From an uncultured Pseudomonadota bacterium (GTDB taxonomy: Bacteria > SAR324 > NAC60-12), in NCBI GenBank assembly GCA_913020725.1, contig CAJWCD010000020.1, positions 1 to 32,672 on the forward strand: 32,672 nt of DNA. The letters are read 5' to 3'. The notes beneath the pieces were generated by a model. That model had not been told where the DNA came from. It saw nothing but the letters and a program-made list of their open reading frames with translations, and searched no databases. Below are positions 16,978 through 25,974 of this stretch, in pieces. The position numbers were made by a program, and so were the translations under genes. How positions within the stretch are numbered: the stretch's first letter is position 1; every line of letters begins with the position of its first letter.

Positions 16978-19260
16978 TCAGGCGGGGAGCTTGCGGGCCG
17001 TGCCAATCGTGCGGCGGATGTGGCGCCGTACCTCTCCCGCCGAGTGCATTTCCAAGGCCCGCTTTGCGATTTTCTGTGCCTGCTCCAGTGTCACCTGCGA
17101 CAAGCGTTCCTTGACCACCGGAATCAGGGGCGGGTTCATGCTCAACAACCGTATCCCCAGACCCACCAGCACCACACACCCGTCCGGATCGGAAGCCATC
17201 TCGCCGCACAACTCCAAGGGCTTGTCATGTCGTTTTGCCGAATCAGCCAAGCGCCGGATGAGTTGCAGGACGGAGGGGTGGAGGGGGTCGTAGAGGTTGC
17301 TCGTTTGCGGATTGTTGCGGTCCACCGCCAGCACATACTGCGTGAGGTCGTTGCTGCCGATCGAGCAAAAATCCAGTTCCGGCATGAAGTGATCGCACAG
17401 CATCACGGCGGCGGGGACCTCAAACATCACGCCAACCGGTAATTTTGGCACGTCAAGCCCTTGAAGTTCCAATTCGTTGCGACACTGTTCCACCAGTTTT
17501 TTTGCCTTCCGGAACTCATCCAGTTCCATGACCATCGGAAAGAGCAACTGCACATTGTCATGCGTTCGTGCGGCTAGGAAGAGCGCCTTGATCTGCTTCT
17601 TCAGCACCTCCGGCTGCCGGAGTTGCCGACGCAAGGCACGAAAGCCGAGGAACGGATTCTCTTCCTGCTGGAACCCCATGTACGGGGCGGCCTTGTCCGC
17701 ACCAATGTCCAAAGTCCGGAAGATCATGCGTTGATCCTTGGGTACCCGGCTCAGGATGCGGGAGTAGGTTTTCTCCTGTTCCTCCACTTGCGGGTAGCGA
17801 TCCAGCGAGAGGAAATAAATCTCGGTGCGGTACAGCCCCACGCCCTCGGCCCCGTAATGCTCCAGTTGCAGGACGTCGCCTTCCATCGCCACATTCGCGT
17901 AGATGCCGATGCGCTCACCGTCCTGAGTTTGGCAGGGCAACTCGCGGTAGCTTTCAAGGTGCTTCCGGTAGAGCCGTTCCTGCTCCAAGCGGCGGCTGAA
18001 CTCTCCGAGCACCTCCTCGGACGGATGCAACACCACCAGCCCCACATCCCCATCCAGTGCGATCTCGTCGCCTTCGTGGATGGTCGCCAATTCATCTTCC
18101 GAAATACAGACCGCCGGAACAAGCAGGGAGCGCGCAAGGATGGCCGTGTGAGAAACGACCCCTCCGCTGGACGTCAGAATGCCCTGAATACAGTCGGGGT
18201 TCAGGCGGGCGATGTCTCCGGGAAGTAGTTGCCTCGCGACCAGAATGCCTGCTTTCTCGGTAACCACCGAACGGCCATGCCCTAGGTAGTTGAGCAAGCG
18301 GTAGCCCACGTCCTTGAGGTCCGTGCCCTTTTCTCGCAGGTAGGGATCATCAATCTCTTCAAAAGCGATCAGGTACTCCTCAATGGTTTCGTAAATCGCC
18401 CAAGCAACGGTGGCCCCTTCCTCAATGTGTTGCTGGATTTTTTCCTGGAAGGTGTGATCCTCCAGAAACATGAGGTGGACGTGAAAAATCGCGGCCTCGT
18501 CCGGCCCGACATAGCCGGAAATCTTGTCCACCAGCTTGAGAGTGTCCTCGGTGACGTGATCCAGCGCCGCTTGCAGATCGGCCAACTCGTCCTCCGGAGT
18601 GCGCTCACTGAGCCGCGTTGGCTCTTCCAAGCTGGTCTGCTGCATCACCGCCGCCCGCCCCGTGGCGACCCCGGACGCTACCGAGTTTCCAGAAATGCGC
18701 TGGCTGCCTCGTTGCACTGGAACAACGGTGTGGACGGCAGTCTTGTCCAACTGCTGGATCAGCAGGGTTTTCGAGACAAGGCTGGAAATCTGGGAGGCGA
18801 TGGTTGTGAGGACCGAGATCTCGTCCTCCGAGAAATCACGAGATTCGATGGTGTGAACCACCAAGACTCCAAAGGGCTGACGATGCTCAATTAGTGGAAC
18901 ACCCAACAGCGATGAGAAGGAATCCTCATTGGTCTGTGGAAAGGGTTTGAAGCGGAGGTGCGACTGCATCTCAGCCACATGCACCGGCTGCATCTGCTCT
19001 AGCACCAGCCCCACCAACCCTTCCGATGAGTGCATCCGGACCTGCCCCACAGTTTCCTGATTCAGCCCATGAGTGGCTTTGAGGACGAGGAGGTCCTCTT
19101 TGGAGAGATAGCCGTAGATCGAACAGACGTCCACTTGCGTCTGCTCTGCGATCATGCGGACAATCCGGGAGAGGGTTTCGTCCGCGTTGTGGGAGGAAGT
19201 GATGATGTGACTGACCTCGGCAAAGAGGTCCGTGGGCGCGAGTGGTGCGGGGGTGGTCAT
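16978..19260 (-). CDS. ptsP: Phosphoenolpyruvate-protein phosphotransferase with N-terminal GAF domain (EI-Ntr)
   Basis: GAF (DVCSIY...LVLKATHGL...EGLVGLV), phospho-His in SHTAILARS, GVGLYRTE, EENPFLGFR, SIGSNDLTQY, CGEMASDP. Confidence 0.95.
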   Translation of the reverse strand: MTTPAPLAPTDLFAEVSHIITSSHNADETLSRIVRMIAEQTQVDVCSIYGYLSKEDLLVLKATHGLNQETVGQVRMHSSEGLVGLVLEQMQPVHVAEMQSHLRFKPFPQTNEDSFSSLLGVPLIEHRQPFGVLVVHTIESRDFSEDEISVLTTIASQISSLVSKTLLIQQLDKTAVHTVVPVQRGSQRISGNSVASGVATGRAAVMQQTSLEEPTRLSERTPEDELADLQAALDHVTEDTLKLVDKISGYVGPDEAAIFHVHLMFLEDHTFQEKIQQHIEEGATVAWAIYETIEEYLIAFEEIDDPYLREKGTDLKDVGYRLLNYLGHGRSVVTEKAGILVARQLLPGDIARLNPDCIQGILTSSGGVVSHTAILARSLLVPAVCISEDELATIHEGDEIALDGDVGLVVLHPSEEVLGEFSRRLEQERLYRKHLESYRELPCQTQDGERIGIYANVAMEGDVLQLEHYGAEGVGLYRTEIYFLSLDRYPQVEEQEKTYSRILSRVPKDQRMIFRTLDIGADKAAPYMGFQQEENPFLGFRALRRQLRQPEVLKKQIKALFLAARTHDNVQLLFPMVMELDEFRKAKKLVEQCRNELELQGLDVPKLPVGVMFEVPAAVMLCDHFMPELDFCSIGSNDLTQYVLAVDRNNPQTSNLYDPLHPSVLQLIRRLADSAKRHDKPLELCGEMASDPDGCVVLVGLGIRLLSMNPPLIPVVKERLSQVTLEQAQKIAKRALEMHSAGEVRRHIRRTIGTARKLPA

Positions 19261-19284
19261 CTTCCCCCTGAAGAGGGGGGGGGG

Positions 19285-19698
<414 letters not shown>

Positions 19699-19708
19699 TT
19701 ATCATTAA

Positions 19709-19721
19709 AATCAATAATTTG
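19709..19721 (+). promoter_or_regulatory. IHF-binding site
   Basis: AATCAATAATTTG matches WATCAANNNNTTR and lies in an AT-rich tract just upstream of the sigma54 site. Confidence 0.65.
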
Positions 19722-19738
19722 CCTAGAATTCATCAATT

Positions 19739-19762
19739 AGTGCTGCCAAAGAAACCAGCACT
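19739..19762. promoter_or_regulatory. Palindromic candidate enhancer or operator
   Basis: AGTGCTG-N10-CAGCACT, roughly 75-100 bp upstream of the predicted sigma54 start site. Confidence 0.4.
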
Positions 19763-19856
19763 CGCTCCTTGACAATGAACGGGAGTGATGAAAATCTAAG
19801 CAGCGTACCCGCGTTCAGCGCCAACCCAAGCACTCACCTCCAGCGCAAGACCCGTT

Positions 19857-20435
19857 ATGAGAGCTCGTTTTCGTCTCAGCAAACTGCTGCCCACCACAGT
19901 GATCCTCAGCGGTTTGCTTCTCAGTCTGGCGACGAGTGCTTGGGGGGATCAGCAGGATCAGCGGCTGAACTTAGCCTTTGCGCAACTGGCAAAGGCTTCC
20001 AGCCCGCAAGGGGTTCGTGTGCTGGAGTCCCGGATTTGGCAAATCTGGCTGGAGCATCCGCAACCCCGCATCAACGAAATGATGCGCTGGGGTGTCGAGG
20101 CGTTGAACACTCAGGATTACCCCACCGCCCTCAAGCTCTTTGACTCGCTGGTGGAGGCGGCTCCGGAATTTGCCGAGGGCTGGAACAAGCGGGCGACCGT
20201 GCGCTTTCTTGTTGGCAACTACGAAGGCTCCATCGAGGACATCCGGAAGACGCTCGCTTTGGAACCCCGGCACTTTGGGGCATTGTCCGGATTGGGAATG
20301 ATCCACACGAATCAGGAACGCTGGTTTGCCGCCATGGCGGCGTTTGAGCAGGCACTCCGGATTCACCCCCACCTCATTGGCGTACGCCACACCATCAACA
20401 AATTGCAGCAGCAACTCCGCAAGAAATCAACTTAG
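19857..20435 (+). CDS. Exported tetratricopeptide-repeat protein
   Basis: Signal peptide. TPR pattern P.FAEGWNKRATVRFLVGNYEGSIEDIRKTLALEPRHFGALSGLGMI. Confidence 0.85.
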   Translation: MRARFRLSKLLPTTVILSGLLLSLATSAWGDQQDQRLNLAFAQLAKASSPQGVRVLESRIWQIWLEHPQPRINEMMRWGVEALNTQDYPTALKLFDSLVEAAPEFAEGWNKRATVRFLVGNYEGSIEDIRKTLALEPRHFGALSGLGMIHTNQERWFAAMAAFEQALRIHPHLIGVRHTINKLQQQLRKKST

Positions 20436-20445
20436 CGGGTGAGGA

Positions 20446-20467
20446 GCAGGAGAATAGAGGCACTCCT
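20446..20467. terminator. Possible hairpin between convergent TPR and TauE genes
   Basis: CAGGAG-N10-CTCCTG; no clear U-tract. Confidence 0.25.
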
Positions 20468-20488
20468 GTATCGCATATGTGATTTGGA

Positions 20489-21241
20489 TCACAAAAAGAT
20501 CGTGCGGAGCAACCCAAAGTTGGAGAGGATGAGCAGGAACCCGAGGTTGAACTTGCGGAAGGAGGTCGGGGGGGTGGTTACGAAACGGCGGTGCCCCAGC
20601 CAGACACCGAAGCCGAGCGGGATCAGGAACACCAGCACCCGCAGCAGGATTTCCGGACGTAGCAAATCGAGGGATCCGGACCAAGCAATCGCATACACGT
20701 CTCCGGCAAAGAGGTAGGCCACAAGCGTGGCGCGAGAGGCGGCCACCGCCATCGGCGTTGCCAGAAAAAGCAGCACCACCGGAAGTCCCCCGATTGCGGC
20801 GAGTCCGTTCGCCAGCCCGGAAACCACGCCGGTTCCGAAGATGAGTCCGGGACCGCCCTCGTTGTGCAACTGCACTCCTTTGAGGGAGAGCAGAGTGAAG
20901 CCCAACACCAGCGTGTACACGGCGAGACGCACCTCCAATATGGGCAGTTGGGTGAGCACCCACAAACCCATCGGCATTCCCAGCACTGCACCCACGCCCA
21001 ACACCGCCACCTTGCGCCACGCAACTTCCCGCCAGACGAAGGGCAGCATGTGGAGACTGGCGGCGATCTCCAAGAGAAACGCGGCGGGCACCACCTCCGC
21101 AGGCGGCAGCAGCAAGGCGTGCGTGGTGACCATGAGTCCGGAAAACCCAAAGCCCGTGTAGCCGCGCACGAATCCCGCGCAAAAGACCGTCAGCAGACAC
21201 CACGCGAGTGTGGAAATTTCTAATCCGAGTGCGGCTTCCAA
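20489..21241 (-). CDS. TSUP (TauE/SafE) family transporter
   Basis: Highly hydrophobic 250 aa. AGFVRGYTGFGF and SGLANGLAAIGGLP duplicated motifs. Confidence 0.85.
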   Translation of the reverse strand: MEAALGLEISTLAWCLLTVFCAGFVRGYTGFGFSGLMVTTHALLLPPAEVVPAAFLLEIAASLHMLPFVWREVAWRKVAVLGVGAVLGMPMGLWVLTQLPILEVRLAVYTLVLGFTLLSLKGVQLHNEGGPGLIFGTGVVSGLANGLAAIGGLPVVLLFLATPMAVAASRATLVAYLFAGDVYAIAWSGSLDLLRPEILLRVLVFLIPLGFGVWLGHRRFVTTPPTSFRKFNLGFLLILSNFGLLRTIFL

Positions 21242-21249
21242 GAGCTGGA

Positions 21250-23349
21250 TCAGAAAAAGAACCGCGTGGAGCGGTTGGGCGTGCCCCAGTCGTAGGCACT
21301 GCGTTCGTGAGTGATGGTCTCGACGGCGTCTTCGGGGAGTTCCTTGATGAAACGCGAACGGGCGTGGCGTTCGTAACCGGCGTAAGAATTGGAGACGACA
21401 GGAGCCGAGAGCAGCAGATGCCGCTTGGCGCGGGTGAGTGCGACGTAAAAGAGACGGCGCTCTTCCTCCAATTGCTCCGGATCGTCAAGACAACGCTGGT
21501 GCGGAAACAAGCCTTCGGTGAGTCCGATTAGGAAGACCGCTTCCCACTCCAGTCCCTTCGCTTGGTGGATGGTTGTGAGGGTCAGCACTTCCCCGTCAAT
21601 CTGCTCGGCTTCGTACTCCGTGACCACGCTTGCACCCACCAGCGAGAGTTCGTTGAGGAAGGATTCGAGGCTGCGGTAGTTGCCGGAAAACTCCCGCAGG
21701 TAGTTGACGTCGTGTTCGCGCTGGGAAGCGTTCTCGAAGCTGTTGAACAACACGCCTCGATAGAAGCGTTGATAGAGCAATCCGAGCATCGTGGCCGGAG
21801 TCGCGCCGTCCTTGAGCATGTCCTGAAAGCATTCGAGCACAACATTCCAATCGGCTCGTGCCTTGGCGGGAATGAGCTTCTGGAGTGCGGCGTTGTTTTG
21901 GGTGAGCCGCACCGCCTGCTGGGTGTGGAAGATGCTGAAGATGCGGTGGGCGGTGGTGTTGCCCACGCCCGGAAGCAGCTTGAGGATACGCATCCACGCG
22001 ATTTCGTCGAGCGGATTATAGACCACTTTGAGGAAGGCCGTGAGGTCTTTGATGTGCGCCTGCTCAAAGAACTTGACCCCGGAGTGGATCACGAACGGAA
22101 TCCCTGCACGGGTGAGTTCCACCTGAAGAGTGGCAGACTGCACATGGTTGCGGTACAGCACCGCTATGTCGTTGAGCGAGAGTTCGCGGTCGCGCAGTTC
22201 ATGAATCGTGTCCAGCAGCAGGTCTGCTTCCTCCTGCGGGTCCCAAAGTTCGTGGAGCGTGGGGAGGTCTCCGGAGGCGAGTTCGGTGAAGAGGTGCTTC
22301 TCAAACTGCTGCTGGTTGTGGTTGATACTGCTATTGGCGGTGTTGAGGATTTCCGGAGTGCTGCGGTAGTTCTGCTCCATGCGGAAGAGCGTGGCGTTGA
22401 AGCGTTCCGGAAACTCAAGGATGTTGCGAAAATCAGCTCCGCGCCAACTGTAAATGGATTGCGCATCATCGCCGACGACCATCAGGTTCCGGTGTCCCAA
22501 AGAGAGGCAATCGAGAATGTTGGCTTGTACATGGTTGGTATCCTGATATTCATCTACAAGGATGTATTGAATCTGTTTCACCATCGGCAAGGACGTGCCG
22601 TCCCGCAACAGCAGCTCCAGCCAGTTCTCCAGCAGGTCGTCAAAATCCATCACCTGATTGCGCCGTTTCTTGAGCCGATAGGTTTGGAGGATTCTCAACA
22701 TCGCCTCCAGATGCTCCTCCAAGTGCGGGTAGCTGGCTTTGACCGACTGCTCTAGGTGGAAGTTCCGCTCCGGATATGGAGACTCCAGTAATTGCTTGCG
22801 CGTGGCGTTGCGGTTGAATGCGAGCGAGAAGATGTCTTGCAAAAGTGCGGCTTTGGGGAACTGCTTGCCGGGTTTGCCGATCCCTTCCGCGAGCGACGCT
22901 TTGATGAGGTCGCGGGAGTCGGAGGCATCGAGGATGCTGAACTGATTTTCGTAGCGCAGTAGTTTGGCGTAGCGGCGCAGGAAGCGACTGGCGACACTGT
23001 GGAAGGTGCCATGAATGAGCTTCTGTTGCTCCTTCCGGAGGTTGGCAGCACGGTTCACGCGAGCGGCCATTTCGTTCGCCGCCTTGTTTGTGAAGGTGAG
23101 CAGCAGGATACCGGAGGCGGGCACTCCGGACTGGGTCAGCCGCGCCACTCGCTGCGTGATCACACGAGTTTTACCACTGCCCGCCCCAGCGATCACCAAG
23201 GCAGGGCCATCTTGGTGCAGGACGATGCGCTGCTGATCCGGATTTAGAGCGTCCACGAATTCAAGAGTGCTGAAATGAAACGGCCTTGGCGGTTGCCGAG
23301 CAAGGTCAAAATCGTAGTGCATCCCTGACAAGTCGCAAAACTTTTTCAT
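21250..23349 (-). CDS. ATP-dependent DNA helicase, UvrD/PcrA/Rep family (start may be 23322)
   Basis: AGAGSGKT, TFTNKAA, GTFHS, VDEYQDTN, VGDDAQSIYSWRGA, QNYRST, TIHQAKGLEW, EEERRLFYVALTRAK. Confidence 0.93.
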   Translation of the reverse strand: MKKFCDLSGMHYDFDLARQPPRPFHFSTLEFVDALNPDQQRIVLHQDGPALVIAGAGSGKTRVITQRVARLTQSGVPASGILLLTFTNKAANEMAARVNRAANLRKEQQKLIHGTFHSVASRFLRRYAKLLRYENQFSILDASDSRDLIKASLAEGIGKPGKQFPKAALLQDIFSLAFNRNATRKQLLESPYPERNFHLEQSVKASYPHLEEHLEAMLRILQTYRLKKRRNQVMDFDDLLENWLELLLRDGTSLPMVKQIQYILVDEYQDTNHVQANILDCLSLGHRNLMVVGDDAQSIYSWRGADFRNILEFPERFNATLFRMEQNYRSTPEILNTANSSINHNQQQFEKHLFTELASGDLPTLHELWDPQEEADLLLDTIHELRDRELSLNDIAVLYRNHVQSATLQVELTRAGIPFVIHSGVKFFEQAHIKDLTAFLKVVYNPLDEIAWMRILKLLPGVGNTTAHRIFSIFHTQQAVRLTQNNAALQKLIPAKARADWNVVLECFQDMLKDGATPATMLGLLYQRFYRGVLFNSFENASQREHDVNYLREFSGNYRSLESFLNELSLVGASVVTEYEAEQIDGEVLTLTTIHQAKGLEWEAVFLIGLTEGLFPHQRCLDDPEQLEEERRLFYVALTRAKRHLLLSAPVVSNSYAGYERHARSRFIKELPEDAVETITHERSAYDWGTPNRSTRFFF

Positions 23350-23368
23350 CCCCCAAACCGATCAACTC

Positions 23369-24745
23369 ATGAAAGAATCCAGCCCGTGGTGGGCCAACCT
23401 CCAAGCCCTTGCCCAGCCCTACTGGGCGCAACTGCACGAACTCTTTGGTGACGCCACCCCGCTTGTGGTTGGGGGTGTGGTTGCACTTTTGTTGGTCACG
23501 CTTGTTCTGCTGTTCCGCAAACGAGGCAAACCCGCAGTCTCGGACAACCGGAAGCTTTCGGAAACGGAACGGGACGCGAAACTGGCCAAGCTGGAAAAAG
23601 AACAGCGCAAGGAAGCCGACCGCCGCGCCAAGGATGAGGAGGAACTCCAAAAACAGCGACAGGCCGCAAAACTCGCCAAAGCGGAGGAACGCGAAAAGCA
23701 GCTTCAGGAAGAACTTGCTCGCAAGGAAACCGAACTGCGCAGTCGGCAAACGCTCACACAGGACTTGGCGACGGTTCCGGCGGAACCGGAACCGGAACCC
23801 GCACCAGAACCCGAAGTGGTTCCAGAGGAACCGGGATCGCTGCTGGAGCGTTTCCGCAAGGGAGTCCAGAAAACCCGCACCCAGCTTTTTGGTCGGCTCA
23901 ACGAGGTCGTGCAGGGCCACAAGGAGATTGACGAGGAGGTGCTGGATGACCTAGAAGAAGTGCTGCTGAGCGCGGACATTGGTCCGGAAACCTCGCAGCG
24001 CATTCTTGATGGCATCATCGCCAAGGTGGAGCGCGAGGAGTTGCAGAACCCGGAGGCACTGCTTGCCGTGATTCAGGACGAAATCCGCAGCGTCCTCAGC
24101 AAGCATCCGGAGGCTCCCGATCCCACCAGCCGCAAGCCGTGGGTGACGCTGATGGTTGGGGTGAATGGAGTCGGCAAGACAACCACCATCGGCAAGCTTG
24201 CCGCGCAACACGTCAGCGCAGGACGCAAGGTGCTGCTTGGGGCCGGAGACACCTTTCGGGCTGCTGCCATCGAACAATTGGGTGAGTGGAGCCAACGCTC
24301 CGGATGCGACCTTGTGGCGAAGGAGGCCGGAAGTGACCCCTCGGCAGTGCTGTACGAGGCAGTCGAAAGGGCAATTCGGGAGCAGTACGACGTCGTCATC
24401 TGCGACACCGCCGGACGGTTGCACACCAAGAAGAACCTGATGGAGGAACTGAAGAAAATGGTGCGTGTGATTCGCAAGCAGATTCCGGACGCGCCCCACG
24501 AGGTGCTGCTGGTGCTGGACGCAACGACGGGACAGAACGCGATTTTTCAGGCGCGGGAATTCCGGGCGGCGGCGGACATCACGGGGCTTGTGATCACCAA
24601 ACTCGACGGCACCGCCAAGGGTGGAGTGGTGATTGGGATTGTCAACGAGTTCGACATTCCGGTGCGCTACATCGGCATTGGCGAACGCATTGACGACCTG
24701 CGGCCTTTTGATGCCGAGCAGTTTGCTGAATCGTTGTTCAACTGA
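23369..24745 (+). CDS. ftsY: SRP receptor FtsY with N-terminal transmembrane helix
   Basis: GVNGVGKTTTIGKLA, DTFRAAAIEQL, DTAGRLH, DATTGQN, TKLDGTAKGG. Hydrophobic VVGGVVALLLVTLVLLF near the N-terminus, followed by a charged helix and a PE-rich linker. Confidence 0.95.
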   Translation: MKESSPWWANLQALAQPYWAQLHELFGDATPLVVGGVVALLLVTLVLLFRKRGKPAVSDNRKLSETERDAKLAKLEKEQRKEADRRAKDEEELQKQRQAAKLAKAEEREKQLQEELARKETELRSRQTLTQDLATVPAEPEPEPAPEPEVVPEEPGSLLERFRKGVQKTRTQLFGRLNEVVQGHKEIDEEVLDDLEEVLLSADIGPETSQRILDGIIAKVEREELQNPEALLAVIQDEIRSVLSKHPEAPDPTSRKPWVTLMVGVNGVGKTTTIGKLAAQHVSAGRKVLLGAGDTFRAAAIEQLGEWSQRSGCDLVAKEAGSDPSAVLYEAVERAIREQYDVVICDTAGRLHTKKNLMEELKKMVRVIRKQIPDAPHEVLLVLDATTGQNAIFQAREFRAAADITGLVITKLDGTAKGGVVIGIVNEFDIPVRYIGIGERIDDLRPFDAEQFAESLFN

Positions 24746-24748
24746 GCG

Positions 24749-25798
24749 TCAGGCGCGGTAACGTACCAGCAAGCCGAGTCCCAGCAGCAGAAACAGTAGG
24801 TTGCTGGCCCAAGCTGCCAAGACGGGAATCACGAGGCCAGCACTGCCCAGTGCCAGAAAAATCTGATTCAGAATCCAGAAGAGAATGCCGAGCAGCACAC
24901 TCAGGGAAAGCGATTCCACCGCCAAGCCTCGGCGACTGTGATTGGCGGAAAGCGCAAAGCCGAGCAGCGCCATGATCCACAGTGTCACGGGATAAGCGAG
25001 TTTCTGGTAGAACTCCACCCAGTGTCTGGTCACGTCCTGCCCCTCGCCTTGTAGCCGCAGGATGTCTGCAAACAGTGGAATCAGATGACGGTGGTGGGGA
25101 GAGATGGGCACCAGAAACGGGACCGATGGTAATTCCAGCTGCGGAATTTCCCACGTTTCCTGTGTGCTGCGGATGAGGTGGTTGGCCGTGAAGGCGACCC
25201 GCACCACATTCCGGAAGCGCCATGAATTTTTGGATTGTTCTCCTTGAGCAATCACAGTACGCTCCACAAGATGATGCGGGTCTGGTTGCCAGCGAAACAC
25301 GCTGACGGACTCCATGCGTCCGTCCGGATGCCGTGTCCCAAAATAGTAGATATTACGCTCACCGTCCACTTTCCAGAGCGGGGGCAGCAGTGCTTGGGTT
25401 TCCGACTGCACCCAGTGTTTGTGCAGCCACGGGGAAATCTGGTGCTGGGTGAAATACACTCCAGCGGCGACGAGGGTGATCACGCCCAACACCGGCAGCA
25501 ACATGCGCCAGCCCCCCAACCCGGAGACCCGCATGGCAAGCAGTTCTGAGGTGCGCCCTAGCGAACTGAAGGCCGCAATCGTCGCCAGCAGGATGGTGAG
25601 CGGAGTCATCAATTCCAGTGCTTGCGGCAGCAGCAGGGCGATTTCCCGGAGCAGTTCCAGCACCGCGGTCCAGTCCTCCAGTTCACTGAGGTTGCCGAAG
25701 AGGTGCATGAGCACCGACAGCAGCAGGAAGGCACTGAGGATCAGCAGGAAAAACCGCAGATACTCGTGGGCAATGTAGCGTGACAGGCGGGTGGGCAT
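24749..25798 (-). CDS. LptF/LptG family LPS export permease
   Basis: LSRYIA, 3 TM helices, SELLAMRVSGLG, periplasmic beta region, KLAYP, 3 more TM helices, AAWASN. Confidence 0.85.
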   Translation of the reverse strand: MPTRLSRYIAHEYLRFFLLILSAFLLLSVLMHLFGNLSELEDWTAVLELLREIALLLPQALELMTPLTILLATIAAFSSLGRTSELLAMRVSGLGGWRMLLPVLGVITLVAAGVYFTQHQISPWLHKHWVQSETQALLPPLWKVDGERNIYYFGTRHPDGRMESVSVFRWQPDPHHLVERTVIAQGEQSKNSWRFRNVVRVAFTANHLIRSTQETWEIPQLELPSVPFLVPISPHHRHLIPLFADILRLQGEGQDVTRHWVEFYQKLAYPVTLWIMALLGFALSANHSRRGLAVESLSLSVLLGILFWILNQIFLALGSAGLVIPVLAAWASNLLFLLLGLGLLVRYRA

Positions 25799-25974
25799 GA
25801 GAATTCCAATATTGTTGTGATTTAGGATAGGCCATTGCAGGCCACGGGTGCAAAGCGAAACTCGCAGGCCGCGACTTCCTCAACTGGACTCCGGCTTGCA
25901 TTCCTTCTTTGCCGCATCAAGCACAGACAGGCAGGACAAAGCAACCGAACGCGAACCATAACCCATAGACACCA

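Noticed and set aside
19769..19797. TTGACA upstream of the TPR gene
   Set aside because: No convincing -10 hexamer at 16-18 bp spacing.
23780..23830. GGAACC short tandem repeats
   Set aside because: They simply encode the PE-rich FtsY linker; they are not a CRISPR array or regulatory repeat.
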